From NCBI GenBank assembly GCA_963719315.1, contig CAVRBU010000002.1, positions 1,888,001-1,952,000 of the forward strand: a stretch of 64,000 nt of DNA, written 5' to 3'. The first letter of the stretch is position 1, and every line of letters begins with the position of its first letter. Below the pieces are notes generated by a model. The model saw only the letters and a program-made list of their open reading frames with translations, did not search any database and was not told where the DNA came from. The DNA is from an uncultured Planctomycetota bacterium. Lineage in GTDB: Bacteria; Planctomycetota; Planctomycetia; Pirellulales; Lacipirellulaceae. A program made the translations under genes and the position numbers. This document shows positions 11,020 to 20,860 of this stretch, in pieces.

Positions 11020-11592
11020 ATGAAGGTCTTTACTACTGGTCAGGTCGCGAAGATCTGCAAAGTGGCCCCGCGCACGGTCAGTAAGTGGTTCGATTCAGGC
11101 CGACTCAAGGGTTACCGGATCCCCGGTTCCCAAGACCGACGCATCCCGCGCGAATACTTGATCAAGTTCCTCAAGGAGCATGGAATGCCCCTTGGAGACC
11201 TGGAAGACGAGGCGATGGCTAAAGTCCTCATCGTCGCCCAGGACCAGGTCTTGATCGAGAACCTCAAGCGCGAGTTGCCCGTCGAACGGTCGTTCCGCAC
11301 CTCGACCGCCGCGAGTGGCTTCGAAGCAGGCATTCAGGCCGAAAGTTTCCACCCGGACTGTATCATTGTCGATTTCTCGATCGGCCAACTCGAAGCGCTG
11401 CAGATCTGCCAGAACCTGCGCCGCAATTCCGAGTTCGGCGAAACGATCTTGATCGCCCTGCTGCCCGATGATAGCTCGACTGGAAACTTCGATCGCTCCA
11501 GCATCAACGAAACGTTCAAAAAGCCATTCGATTCCGCACTGTTGGCCGAACGTCTCCGCACGCTGATCGGCGCGAAGAAGGAATTGGTCTAA
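11020..11592 (+). CDS. Excisionase-type HTH plus atypical receiver-domain regulator
   Basis: MKVFTTGQVAKICKVAPRTVSKWFDSGRLKGYRIPG (HTH_17-like) followed by REC-like KVLIV..PDCIIVD..KKPF. Confidence 0.88.
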   Translation: MKVFTTGQVAKICKVAPRTVSKWFDSGRLKGYRIPGSQDRRIPREYLIKFLKEHGMPLGDLEDEAMAKVLIVAQDQVLIENLKRELPVERSFRTSTAASGFEAGIQAESFHPDCIIVDFSIGQLEALQICQNLRRNSEFGETILIALLPDDSSTGNFDRSSINETFKKPFDSALLAERLRTLIGAKKELV

Positions 11593-11600
11593 CAAGCAAG

Positions 11601-11667
11601 GCTGTTAGCTGTTAGCCAGAATGATTTGTTGTCACCCTCTGACTAATAGCTAACAGCTAATGGCTAA
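11601..11667. repeat. TAGCTAA-family heptamer inverted tandem repeat
   Basis: gctgtta gctgtta gccagaa...ctgac taatagc taacagc taatggc taag. Confidence 0.8.
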
Positions 11668-11755
11668 GAACTGATTACATAGGGTCAGTCGAACGATTCG
11701 ACTGAGCGGCGGCGGAGAACTCCCGTCCTCTCCGTCGCCACTACCCGTCCAACAG

Positions 11756-11792
11756 GCCCGGCCGCCGCAAGGCAGCCGGGCTTTGTTTTTTG
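11756..11792 (+). terminator. Rho-independent terminator
   Basis: GCCCGGCcGCC gcaa GGCaGCCGGGC followed by tttgtttttt. Confidence 0.75.
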
Positions 11793-11925
11793 TCCGCCCT
11801 CTCTGAATAATCAACCAGATCGCAGGGCGACGCGCCAGCAAGGGCGCTCGGCGTCGCCCTTCCTATGCATTCTTTGACACCCGCCGTCAGCACGACGCAA
11901 AATGAGTCCACGGAGGACACTTCCC

Positions 11926-12165
11926 ATGGCCAGCGTCGACGACGCCTTTCTCGCAGCCCAAAACCTTGGCATCGACGAAAATCTCAAGCTCATCTCCCGT
12001 ATCTGGGAAACCATTCCACCGGCCAGTGATTTCCGCCCAAGCGATGCCGATCTGGTCGAAATCAAGCGCCGCTGGGCCGAATATTAATCCGGCCGGATGA
12101 AGGCGATTCCCTGGGAAGATGTATGGGCCGGGGTTGAACACGAGCTAGGCAGTGAACAATCTTGA
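11926..12165 (+). pseudogene. Addiction-module antitoxin (TIGR02574-like) with internal stop
   Basis: MASVDDAFLAAQNL..LISRIWETI..EIKRRWAEY*SGRMKAIPWEDV; TAA at 12085-12087; SD ggagga. Confidence 0.75.
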
Positions 12166-12305
12166 AATCTGTCTGCCGCAGAATCCGAATTTCGCGATGC
12201 GCGACACTGGTATCGCAACCAAAGCTGCGATTACTTCGATTCGGCAAGCTCCCGAGACATATCCCCGCTGGGACGAAACTTACCACTTCTACCTGCTTCA
12301 GCGCG
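12152..12305 (+). pseudogene. ParE/RelE-type toxin remnant
   Basis: Fragments in different frames: VNNLEIC / SAAESEFRDARHWYRNQS / IRQAPETYPRWDETYHFYLLQR; 3' part missing. Confidence 0.65.
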
Positions 12306-13338
12306 CCATCCGTTGGCGGCGATGAACTTGCAAGCCAAAGACCGCGGCCATTAGCAGAAGCGAAAGGCAACCCGGCTCAGGCACCGAAACTGCGCTAACC
12401 AATGTGCCCGATCCGGCGCCGCTTGCCAACTCGCCAAATTTGGAGCGCCACACCGTGAAGTCGTCCGAAGTGATTTGATTGTCGCCATTACCATCCGCAG
12501 CGAGGCCGACGCCCGTCTGCCCCATGGTATTGCGCCACACGACGTAATCGGCCGCGTCTACTCTGCCATTCTGGTTGTAGTCGCCATTCGACGAAGGGAT
12601 CAGATAAGTGCCGACCAATTGACCCGTCAGTGTAAGGTGGATGGTTGTCGTCGCATCGGCCACGATGTCCAACGAGGTGTTCGTGGGCACCGTGAGCTTT
12701 TCGTACACACGTCCCCCTTGCGACAGCGTGCCCAATGTGCCATTGCCGGAGAGCGTGCTCCCCTCGCCGATAATCGATTGATGGTCGGCAGGCGTGCCGA
12801 GTGAGCTTCGGTAAGCGATGTCTCCGCTCGCAAAAGTGATATCGGTCGAAGAAAGGCTGAATTGGTTACTGCCAACGGGTAGCGAACCGCTCGTCAGCCC
12901 AAATACGAAATCGCGCCCGGCGAAATTTACGGTAACGCTTACCGGCACGATGATCACCACCGTGCCGGTAATTTTGCCGGCGTAGTCCGCTGCCGCCGAG
13001 CCCGCCATGCCGTCAGCCAACGGCTGCCAGTTACCGCTCACGTTGGCGTCGACCGAGCTGCCCGAAAGAAATTGGATGCTGCTTGTTGCTCGATCGGTCT
13101 TGATTGTTCCCGTGTATGTGGTGGTCAGGCTGCCCGGGCCTTGCTCTTGTATCATTTTTCCGTTTCCGAGCGCGCTGTCGACGGTGCCAGAAACCGCGAT
13201 GCTGCTTTGAGTCATGTCGAGCGTGTAATCGCGACTCACAGCCAGCGCTCGATGGTGGGGGCCAAAGAACGCGATTAGCCCCAATGCGACCAATGCTACA
13301 GAGAGCTTCCCCCTACCTCCACTCAAATATCCCATCAT
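12298..13338 (-). CDS. Secreted protein with dockerin-type EF-hand repeats and PEP-CTERM sorting signal
   Basis: Signal peptide; GDYNQNGRVDAADYVVWR and ADGNGDNQITSDDFTVWR; C-terminal VPEP + TM + basic tail. Confidence 0.88.
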   Translation of the reverse strand: MMGYLSGGRGKLSVALVALGLIAFFGPHHRALAVSRDYTLDMTQSSIAVSGTVDSALGNGKMIQEQGPGSLTTTYTGTIKTDRATSSIQFLSGSSVDANVSGNWQPLADGMAGSAAADYAGKITGTVVIIVPVSVTVNFAGRDFVFGLTSGSLPVGSNQFSLSSTDITFASGDIAYRSSLGTPADHQSIIGEGSTLSGNGTLGTLSQGGRVYEKLTVPTNTSLDIVADATTTIHLTLTGQLVGTYLIPSSNGDYNQNGRVDAADYVVWRNTMGQTGVGLAADGNGDNQITSDDFTVWRSKFGELASGAGSGTLVSAVSVPEPGCLSLLLMAAVFGLQVHRRQRMAR

Positions 13339-13371
13339 CCCACCCTCACTTCTTGTTCCGTTTTCAATCGT

Positions 13372-14877
13372 TCACGCTTCGCCGTTCTCGCGTTCGGTCG
13401 GCCCCCGCCTCTGCTCCCGCTTGCGGCGGCGTAGTTCCTTCTCGCGCTCTTTCTTGAGCTTGGCCCTTTCCTGCGACGAAAGGCGTTTCCCCGTCCCAAT
13501 CTTTGTTTTAGTCAATCCGTTCGGATTTTGCATCATTCCAGACTGCATTTCCCGAACCATTTTCATTCTTTCCCGCATTCCCTTGCCCGCTAGCGAGGTC
13601 ATCATTTGGGCCATGACGTCGAATTGCTTGACGAGATCGCCCACTTCGTGCGGCTCGACGCCCGACCCGGAGGCGATCCGGCGGCGGCGACTTTGGTCGA
13701 TCGTTTTCGGGCTGCGGCGTTCCGCCGGCGTCATCGAATCGATGATGCCAAACAACCGCTTCATGTCCTGCTCGTGGTCCACGTCGCCCATCATCTCGGT
13801 CATCGCGCTCATGCCGGGGATCAGGCCCATGACTTTTTGCAGCGGGCCCAGCTTGCCGATTTGTGAGAGCTGCTTGCGGAAATCTTCGAGCGTGAATTGA
13901 CCCTTGCTGAGCCGCTCCTCCTGCAGCCGCATTTCTTCCTGGTCGAATTCCTGCTGCGCCTTTTCGACGAGCGTGAGCAAATCGCCCTGGCCCAAAATGC
14001 GCCCGGCCATCCGGTCGGGATGAAACTCCTCCAATGCATCGAGGTGCTCGCCCGTGCCGATGAATTTGATCGGCACGCCGGTCACTTGCTTGACGGAGAG
14101 CGCCGCGCCGCCGCGAGCGTCGCCGTCGAGCTTCGTCAAGATGACGCCGTCTAGCTCCAGTTTCTCGTTGAAGACTTTTGCGCTGTAGACGGCATCCTGC
14201 CCAGTCATGCTATCGACGACCAGATACACTTGCTGCGGCCCGATCTGGCGGTCGATCCGTTCGAGTTGCCCCATCAACTCATCATCAATGTGCAGCCGAC
14301 CGGCCGTGTCGAGAATGACGACATCGGCGTTGTGCTTCTTAGCCTCCCGCACGGCCGCGTTTGCGACGGCCACCGGATCCTTGTTCGTGCGATCCGAGTA
14401 GACCGGAATCTCAAGCTGCTCGCCCAACACGTGCAACTGGTCGATAGCCGCCGGGCGCTGCAAGTCGCAGGCCACGAGCAACGGACGCCGGCCACGCTGC
14501 TTCAACATCCGCCCCAGCTTGCCCGTCGTCGTCGTTTTGCCGGACCCTTGCAGACCGCACATCATCAGCACGGTCACTTCATTCGCCCCCCGCAAATGGA
14601 GCGAATGATCCACCGGGCCCATCAAATTGATGAGCTCCTGGTAAACGATGCCCACGACCTGCTGGCTTGGGTTGAGTGACTTGAGCACCTTCTCGCCGAC
14701 CGCCTGGTCGGACACCCGCTGCATGAAATCGCGCACGACCTGAAAGCTGACATCCGCCTCGAGCAGCGATTTCTCGACGAGATTGAGCCCGTCGCGCATG
14801 TTCGATTCGCTCAGTTTGCCTTGCCCCCGAAGGGATTTGAGCGCCGAACCAAGACCATCTTGCAGGGCTTCGAACAT
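13372..14877 (-). CDS. ffh: Signal recognition particle protein
   Basis: [26 protein letters not shown] domain [11 protein letters not shown]. Confidence 0.97.
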   Translation of the reverse strand: MFEALQDGLGSALKSLRGQGKLSESNMRDGLNLVEKSLLEADVSFQVVRDFMQRVSDQAVGEKVLKSLNPSQQVVGIVYQELINLMGPVDHSLHLRGANEVTVLMMCGLQGSGKTTTTGKLGRMLKQRGRRPLLVACDLQRPAAIDQLHVLGEQLEIPVYSDRTNKDPVAVANAAVREAKKHNADVVILDTAGRLHIDDELMGQLERIDRQIGPQQVYLVVDSMTGQDAVYSAKVFNEKLELDGVILTKLDGDARGGAALSVKQVTGVPIKFIGTGEHLDALEEFHPDRMAGRILGQGDLLTLVEKAQQEFDQEEMRLQEERLSKGQFTLEDFRKQLSQIGKLGPLQKVMGLIPGMSAMTEMMGDVDHEQDMKRLFGIIDSMTPAERRSPKTIDQSRRRRIASGSGVEPHEVGDLVKQFDVMAQMMTSLAGKGMRERMKMVREMQSGMMQNPNGLTKTKIGTGKRLSSQERAKLKKEREKELRRRKREQRRGPTERENGEA

Positions 14878-15080
14878 AGTAACGTGGAGCAATGAGCGAA
14901 GAGCACAGAGTAAGAAATAGCCGCGATGCTACGCATCGCCGGGAACCCCCAATTCTACCTGAAAAAGGCACGTTCAGTCGAGCCGCATCCGCGACCGCCG
15001 CCGCTTGTGAGACTCCACCCGCAGCGATACGATTTTCATCATCACCATCCCCTGAATTGCTTTTGCGACACGCACCATAA

Positions 15081-16283
15081 ATGCAAGAATCCGATCTCAT
15101 CATCATCGGCGGCGGCATCGTCGGCCTCGCGACCGCGTACCGCTTCCTCGAACGATACCCCGGCAAGCGCGTCACCGTGCTCGAAAAGGAGCCGAAGATC
15201 GGCCGCCACCAAACCGGACGCAACGCCGGCGTGCTCCACTCGGGAATTTACTATCGCCCCGGCTCACTCAAAGCCGAAAACTGCCGCGCGGGCAAAAAAG
15301 CGATGGAGGAGTTCTGCACACGCGAGGGTATCAAGTTCATCCTCTGCGGCAAGATCATCGTCGCCACCGAAGAATCGGAGCTGCCGCGCATGGACTTGCT
15401 CCTTGAACGCGGCCCGCAGAACGGCGTCGTCTGCAAACGAATTACGCCTGAAGAAATTCGCGAGTTGGAGCCACATGCCGCCGGTATCGCCGGCATCCAC
15501 ATCCCTGAATCCGGCGTCGTCGACTACGGCGAAGTCGCCCAACGCTTCGCCGATATCGTCACGCAACAAGGGAGCAGCGTCATCACGAGCGCCCGCGTCA
15601 CTGGCATTCGCCGCGACACCGCACGCGCCGTCGTCGAAACCGTCGCCGGCGAATTCGCCGCCCAACAAGTCGTCAATTGTGCCGGCCTATACAGCGACCG
15701 CGTCGCCCGGCTGAGCGGCGCGAAACCTTCCGCAATGATCATCCCCTTCCGCGGCGAGTTCTACGCCCTGCGCGAAGAAGCCCACCACCTGGTGCGAATG
15801 CTGATCTATCCCGTCCCCGATCCAAAATACCCTTTCCTCGGCGTCCACTTCACACGCCGCATCAACGGCCTCGTCGAATGCGGTCCCAATGCCGTGCTCG
15901 CCTTCGCCCGCGAAGGCTACCGCAACACGACGATCAACCTCCGCGACATGGCCGAGGTCCTCGCCTTCCCCGGCTTCTGGCGGCTGGCGACTCGTTATTG
16001 GAAAATCGGCGCCGATGAATTGTGGCGGAGTTTCAGCAAGCCGGCCTTCGTCCGCGCCCTCCAACGCCTCGTCCCCGCCATTGAATCGAAAATGTTGGAC
16101 TGGGCCCCCGCCGGCGTCCGAGCCCAAGCTGTCGGCCGCGACGGCCTGATGCTTGATGACTTCCTGATCGAAGAAACCGACCGCGTAGTCAACGTAGAAA
16201 ACGCCCCCTCCCCCGCCGCCACCGCATCGCTCAACGTCGGCAAACTCATCGTCGACCGCCTGGCGCCACGGTTCGATTCTTAA
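15081..16283 (+). CDS. lhgO: L-2-hydroxyglutarate oxidase
   Basis: GGGIVG FAD motif, HQTGRNAGVLHSGIYY, YPVPDPKYPFLGVH, APSPAATASL. Confidence 0.92.
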   Translation: MQESDLIIIGGGIVGLATAYRFLERYPGKRVTVLEKEPKIGRHQTGRNAGVLHSGIYYRPGSLKAENCRAGKKAMEEFCTREGIKFILCGKIIVATEESELPRMDLLLERGPQNGVVCKRITPEEIRELEPHAAGIAGIHIPESGVVDYGEVAQRFADIVTQQGSSVITSARVTGIRRDTARAVVETVAGEFAAQQVVNCAGLYSDRVARLSGAKPSAMIIPFRGEFYALREEAHHLVRMLIYPVPDPKYPFLGVHFTRRINGLVECGPNAVLAFAREGYRNTTINLRDMAEVLAFPGFWRLATRYWKIGADELWRSFSKPAFVRALQRLVPAIESKMLDWAPAGVRAQAVGRDGLMLDDFLIEETDRVVNVENAPSPAATASLNVGKLIVDRLAPRFDS

Positions 16284-16312
16284 CTCCCTCTTCCAGATCA
16301 ATCGCTCCCCCC

Positions 16313-16624
16313 ATCCTGCGATCCCTCCAGGATCGAATGGATCGGAACGCGACCGATCAATCGGTGGTGTCGCTCCGCTCAACCACCGGCTAACGGCTAA
16401 GAACCCTCCGGGTTCGCGAAATGGGGCACACCCGCCTCCTTTGTCATCCCGAAGGGATGCCACCTTCGAGTCTTTTAAGATATGCCAACCATGAATCGAA
16501 TGCGTTTGTCATCCCGAAGGGATGCCAGCCATTAGCCGGCGGTTGAGGAGCGCCAGCGACAACACCGCCGGTCACCGTCACGCACAATCCCCCTCTCGAA
16601 CCCGCAGGGTTCGCAGCCCAACCC
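16313..16624. repeat. REP-like hairpin cluster on the left of the transposase
   Basis: Repeated hairpins catcccgaagggatg, gaacccgcagggttc, gaaccctccgggttc; homologous to 17141-17544. Confidence 0.85.
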
Positions 16625-16627
16625 ATC

Positions 16628-17074
16628 TCAATCGAGATACATTGGATCGTATTCGATCCCCGCCTTGTTAAGCATTTCAACCAATTCTTCCCGATACGTG
16701 CGCACCCGATGGTGCTCCTCTTGATTAGCAATGTACTCGCGAATCGGTCCCCGTGCCGTGGGGCTTACCGTGAACGCGGCATATCCTTCTTGCCAAGCGA
16801 ACCCGCGCTCCTGGATATGCTCATGGACCCACGCCGAGGACGCCTTCTTCAATTCACGCATGAAATCGGCCAGACAATGCGTGGCCTTCAAGCCAACGAG
16901 CAAATGAACATGGTCGGCCAGGCCACCAACGCCTTGCGGAAATCCGCCCAACCCCGCCACGGTTCCTCCCAAGTATTCGTGCAGCCGCGCGCGCCAAGGA
17001 GATGCGATCAATGGCTCGCGATTCTTGGTCGCAAATACCAAATGATAATGCAAGCTCAGGAAGGTCGATGCCAT
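16628..17074 (-). CDS. tnpA: IS200/IS605-family Y1 HUH transposase (REP-associated type)
   Basis: HYHLVFATKNR, DHVHLL (HUH), FAWQEGY, YIANQEEHH; SD ggggag; no tnpB. Confidence 0.92.
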   Translation of the reverse strand: MASTFLSLHYHLVFATKNREPLIASPWRARLHEYLGGTVAGLGGFPQGVGGLADHVHLLVGLKATHCLADFMRELKKASSAWVHEHIQERGFAWQEGYAAFTVSPTARGPIREYIANQEEHHRVRTYREELVEMLNKAGIEYDPMYLD

Positions 17075-17140
17075 TTCAATTCTCCCCTTGTTGGTTGGCC
17101 GCCACTGCGATCCTTCCAGGATCAGGCCAATTGTAACTTT

Positions 17141-17544
17141 ATCATCCCGAAGGGATGCCACCGTTGAGCCATTTTTAAGATATGCCAACCATGAGCCGAA
17201 TGCGTTTGCCATCCCGAAGGGATATCAGCCATTAGCCGGCGGTTGAGGAGCGCCAGCGAAGACACCGCCGGTCACCGTTGCCACGGCGGTAAGGAACCGT
17301 GGGCTAGCGCCCAGCGGCTGATTTCATCAGCCGGAACGCGATAGCGTCCGGTTCCTGGGGACGCGATTCCGATTAGTGTTCCTGCACCCCGCACAATCCC
17401 CCTTAACGAACCCGCAGGGTTCGCAGCCCAACCAGGCCCCAATCCTGCGATCCCTCCAGGATCGAATCGTTCGGAACACGACCCATCACCCGGTGGTATC
17501 GCTCCGCTCAACCACCGGCTAATGGCTAGAAACCCTCCGGGTTC
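17141..17544. repeat. REP-like hairpin cluster on the right of the transposase, with a nested second repeat type
   Basis: About 135-bp direct repeat of 16443-16577 and about 100-bp direct repeat of 16313-16415; an unrelated palindrome is inserted at about 17290-17355. Confidence 0.85.
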
Positions 17545-18054
17545 CCTGAAGAGCCGTTGTCCCGCCTTGTCACCCCAACGAGATGCCAGCCATTAGACGT
17601 AGGATGAGTTCATCCCGCAGGGAGAACCCAGCAAACAACCAACAAACCGTAAGCGTTTCACGAAACACATGGCCGCAACGCCCATTGCGAGCAGCCGGTG
17701 GGCGAGCTCCGGCAGCGTTTCAAAACGGTCGTTATCCGGTAACTGTCATCAATCAAAACCACCTCCGACGAGTTTTCGACATGCGGTGGTGGTTCGGGCT
17801 TTTCGTGCGGCACACCGTCCGCGAAACGCCACCTGTGCGTACTCGCAACTCGCAGTATGCTCAACGGTCTTTGACACCGAATGCAGTTTGCTCACAGAGT
17901 TCGGCACCGTGGGTTGTCCACCCGTTGCGAGTTGACCTTTGACCTAATTGCGTGCGGGGGGGCAACCGAACGCACGAAACGTATATTGCTTAAGTGCGTC
18001 GAGCGACGTGCGAAGTGCGAAGTGACCGCCGCGCGCTAGCAATTATCCGTTTCC

Positions 18055-18915
18055 TTATTTGAGGTAATCCATCACAGTACGGTTTGTTTCATTCCAAGCT
18101 TGCTCAAGATTTCCTTTATTCAATAAAACGAATCCGAGACATGTCCGTGATTCACCAGGAGCGACGCGACCAAAAAAGGGATTTGCGTGAACGCACGAAT
18201 AAGTACGTCTCCTGTTCGCCTGCAAGTGATGAGTGGGAGTCCACGTGGTTGTAAGTACAGTAGAAACGTTCTGACTGACCACCGCGATGATCCCATCGTC
18301 ACTTTCCTGAGTCGTGAAACCCCACTTCTTGCGATGGTCGTCGGTGCGCACGAGCATTTTTTGCCCCTTGACCAAAGTCATCCGGAAGAGATCCCGTCCT
18401 CCATCCGTTTCGCGACCGGCGTAGGTGAGAAACTTGCCTTCGCTACGATAGTATGTGCGTTTCCATTGCGGATCCCGAAACTCGCCACTCCCATACAATA
18501 GTAAGCAGACCGCAGCGACAACGTCCGACCAGGTTGTGTCCGATTGATTGCGAATGGTCAACGTAGCCATCCAACCAAGCTCAATTCGCTTGACCGCCAC
18601 TGCCACAGACAACTGCCCATTCGGCGTTACACGATTGTAACTCCAGATGCCATCAGTGCTTTTCCACTGGGCAGGTCCCTGCGTGGCCACTTGCACATCG
18701 GTTCGGCCCAAGAGCAATAGTTCTGGCAGCCACCATTGGGCAAGGCCGCGGTGGTCATCGAATTGCAGGTCGATGATTGGTTGCCTCACAACTGCCGGTC
18801 CTGGCAAAATTGGTTCTTCCGCAATGGCTGCGTGAATCTGTGGCCAAATCCCGAAACCGGACAGTACGGTGGCCGTCAATTTCAACTGTTCACGGCGATT
18901 CAGGAGTTTAGTCAT
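18055..18915 (-). CDS. Hypothetical protein with Tat-like signal
   Basis: Long ORF with visibly lower GC; MTKLLNRREQLKL twin-arginine-like leader; no recognisable family. Confidence 0.65.
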   Translation of the reverse strand: MTKLLNRREQLKLTATVLSGFGIWPQIHAAIAEEPILPGPAVVRQPIIDLQFDDHRGLAQWWLPELLLLGRTDVQVATQGPAQWKSTDGIWSYNRVTPNGQLSVAVAVKRIELGWMATLTIRNQSDTTWSDVVAAVCLLLYGSGEFRDPQWKRTYYRSEGKFLTYAGRETDGGRDLFRMTLVKGQKMLVRTDDHRKKWGFTTQESDDGIIAVVSQNVSTVLTTTWTPTHHLQANRRRTYSCVHANPFFGRVAPGESRTCLGFVLLNKGNLEQAWNETNRTVMDYLK

Positions 18916-19524
18916 TGAAGCCAATCCAACGTTGCGTCTCTGTTCCAAGAACAGGTGATGCATGTCTCAAGGGCACACTCGGTTTCGCCAGTGAAGAATG
19001 ATTGCGTCGACGGGACTGTTTTATTCATACAGCAGGGAATTGTACGGCACTAATCAGGGACAAACAACCAATCGATTTAATCCTTCATAGCGTCCGGACT
19101 GCGTCTCGATTGAAGCTGCTTGTGTAGCGGGCCAGATTGGAAAACTCTTTCAGGAACGGCGTACACACCGCAGTACGAAACCGCCAGTTCGCTAACTGCA
19201 TTTGATTACGCCCGCCGAAACACACTTGATTTCGTCGATGCTGTGGGGGCAACCCGCGCGAGTTAGCTAACTTCCATTTCCTACCGCGGGCAAGCGGCAC
19301 CATACTTTCCGTTCGTCGAGGCGTTCTGTTGCGACGGAACGTCAGCGTCAATCCCGAATGCGCTAATCAGCTTATAACTGAAGCATTATGCCGCACAACG
19401 TCCAGCTTGCGGAGCGGAGGTAAGAAAAGAACGAGCTTTTCGCATCCGTCCCGAGAAAACGGTCAATATCCGAGGCGTGCCGGAAAACACACGAGTAGAT
19501 GAGACGATGGCTCGGATTTGTATC

Positions 19525-19619
19525 GTCTAACGTTCCAAGCACAGTCACCTAGCCCACGGGAGGCCACGATTGCAATTGAACCGCGATAGCCGGGATCGCT
19601 CCAGCGAAAGGCGTTCGGT
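19525..19619 (-). other. Degenerate integron attC-like site
   Basis: Starts at the ORF stop with accgAAC, has an imperfect internal palindrome, ends cttggaac-GTTAGAC (GTTRRRY); 95 bp. Confidence 0.5.
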
Positions 19620-19834
19620 CAATTCGGCATTGGTGCATCCATGGGATCCCCGATTGCTTGGCTAAGCATCTTTTTGGAGACCAGCATGGGGCCAATGAGC
19701 AGCAGGGGAAGAATCATCGGCCAAGGAAACTTCGCGGAAGCGAAGGCGATGCTGAAGAAAGCCGGCAATGCCATTGCTACGAGCCAAAGAATGGTATTCC
19801 ACTTCAGCAAGTTTTTATTTTCGACGTTTTTCAT
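19619..19834 (-). CDS. Small two-TM membrane protein, cassette-like
   Basis: MKNVENKNLLKWNTILWLVAMALPAFFSIAF..WPMILPLLLIGPML; immediately followed by the attC-like site. Confidence 0.65.
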   Translation of the reverse strand: MKNVENKNLLKWNTILWLVAMALPAFFSIAFASAKFPWPMILPLLLIGPMLVSKKMLSQAIGDPMDAPMPN

Positions 19835-20288
19835 ACAGCTTCGTTTTCTTCCGTTGTGGTTGGTTCGGTTAACTGGAGAGATGCAAGAACATCGAATAAC
19901 TATTCGACCGCCGATGTGCGGCAAGACTTCTTCATATTATCAAGGCCAAACACGGCGGCGTCAATCTTGACGCGACACGATGAGGGTCAGAATCGTTGAT
20001 TTGCCGGGCTTCGTCGTCACAAGTCATTCTGCCGAGATATCTTCGGACAACGGTATGTCTAATCTCATCTCTTCAAGCAAAACACCGAGTACTCATCGAA
20101 CATTTGCTTCTCGGCAATGCGGCATTGGTTCGCCCAGCTACCGTGACCAGCACCGGCGAGATTTCGGGTGGGCCGCCAACCAAGTCTTCGGCAGTAGCGC
20201 CGGGTGCCACTGGCTATGCCAGTGCATTGTGAGTTCAACTTCGATCCAGGGTGCCAACCGGCAACCCGTGAATGAACGGCAGCCCCGG

Positions 20289-20500
20289 TCATTGTTGTCG
20301 GGGCGGGTCGAGTAAGTACCAGCTTGCACTCGACCACCTCCAGTCGACGGCCCGTTTCACCAGCCCACGTTGAACCGGGTTCATATAAATGTAGCCGATG
20401 GCTGCTTCGATCACGGAAGGCGTCGTCAAGTTCCGATCATAGCCCGGCCCCTCTTGCCAGAATCGAAAACAAGTCTTCCCCGGCCTCTCTTGACAACGGA
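20289..20500 (-). pseudogene. C-terminal remnant of a REP-associated tyrosine transposase (RAYT)
   Basis: FRFWQEGPGYDRNL..YIYMNPVQRGLVKRAVDWRWSSA; N-terminal HUH half absent; REP-like palindromes at 20202-20225 and 20538-20565. Confidence 0.8.
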
Positions 20501-20752
20501 AAAGGTTCCAAAAACCGAATACACACCTGAGCGCCGCGTGGCACTGCTGCCTCGTCCCACAGAGCTGACTCACTGCCCGCATCACGGGACTCCGCTCCAA
20601 CCAACAATGTATCAACCTCATCCTTCACGCCTCTGCGCCTCTGCGTGAGACCGTTTGCAAACGCCGTCAAGCCGCTATTCTAAGCCGCCCAATTTCCACG
20701 ACCCACCCTCTCGCTTTTGGCCGCGCACTGTGCTACGTTGGCCCAGCGCCGC

Positions 20753-20860
20753 AAAGTCCAGAGCTGAGAGTCAAGAGCCAAGCAATCAAACGACGCCTCA
20801 GCCTCGTCTCTATTTCCGGCTCTTGACTCTCGACTCTCGCTCCTCACCCCTCGCTCCCCA
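20753..20860. repeat. Heptamer inverted tandem repeat hairpin
   Basis: aaagtcc agagctg agagtca agagcc ... ggctctt gactctc gactctc gctcctc acccctc gctcccc. Confidence 0.75.

Noticed and set aside
16313..17544. CRISPR array
   Set aside because: The repeats are long hairpin units in mixed orientation with homologous intervening sequence; there are no unique equal-length spacers and no cas genes
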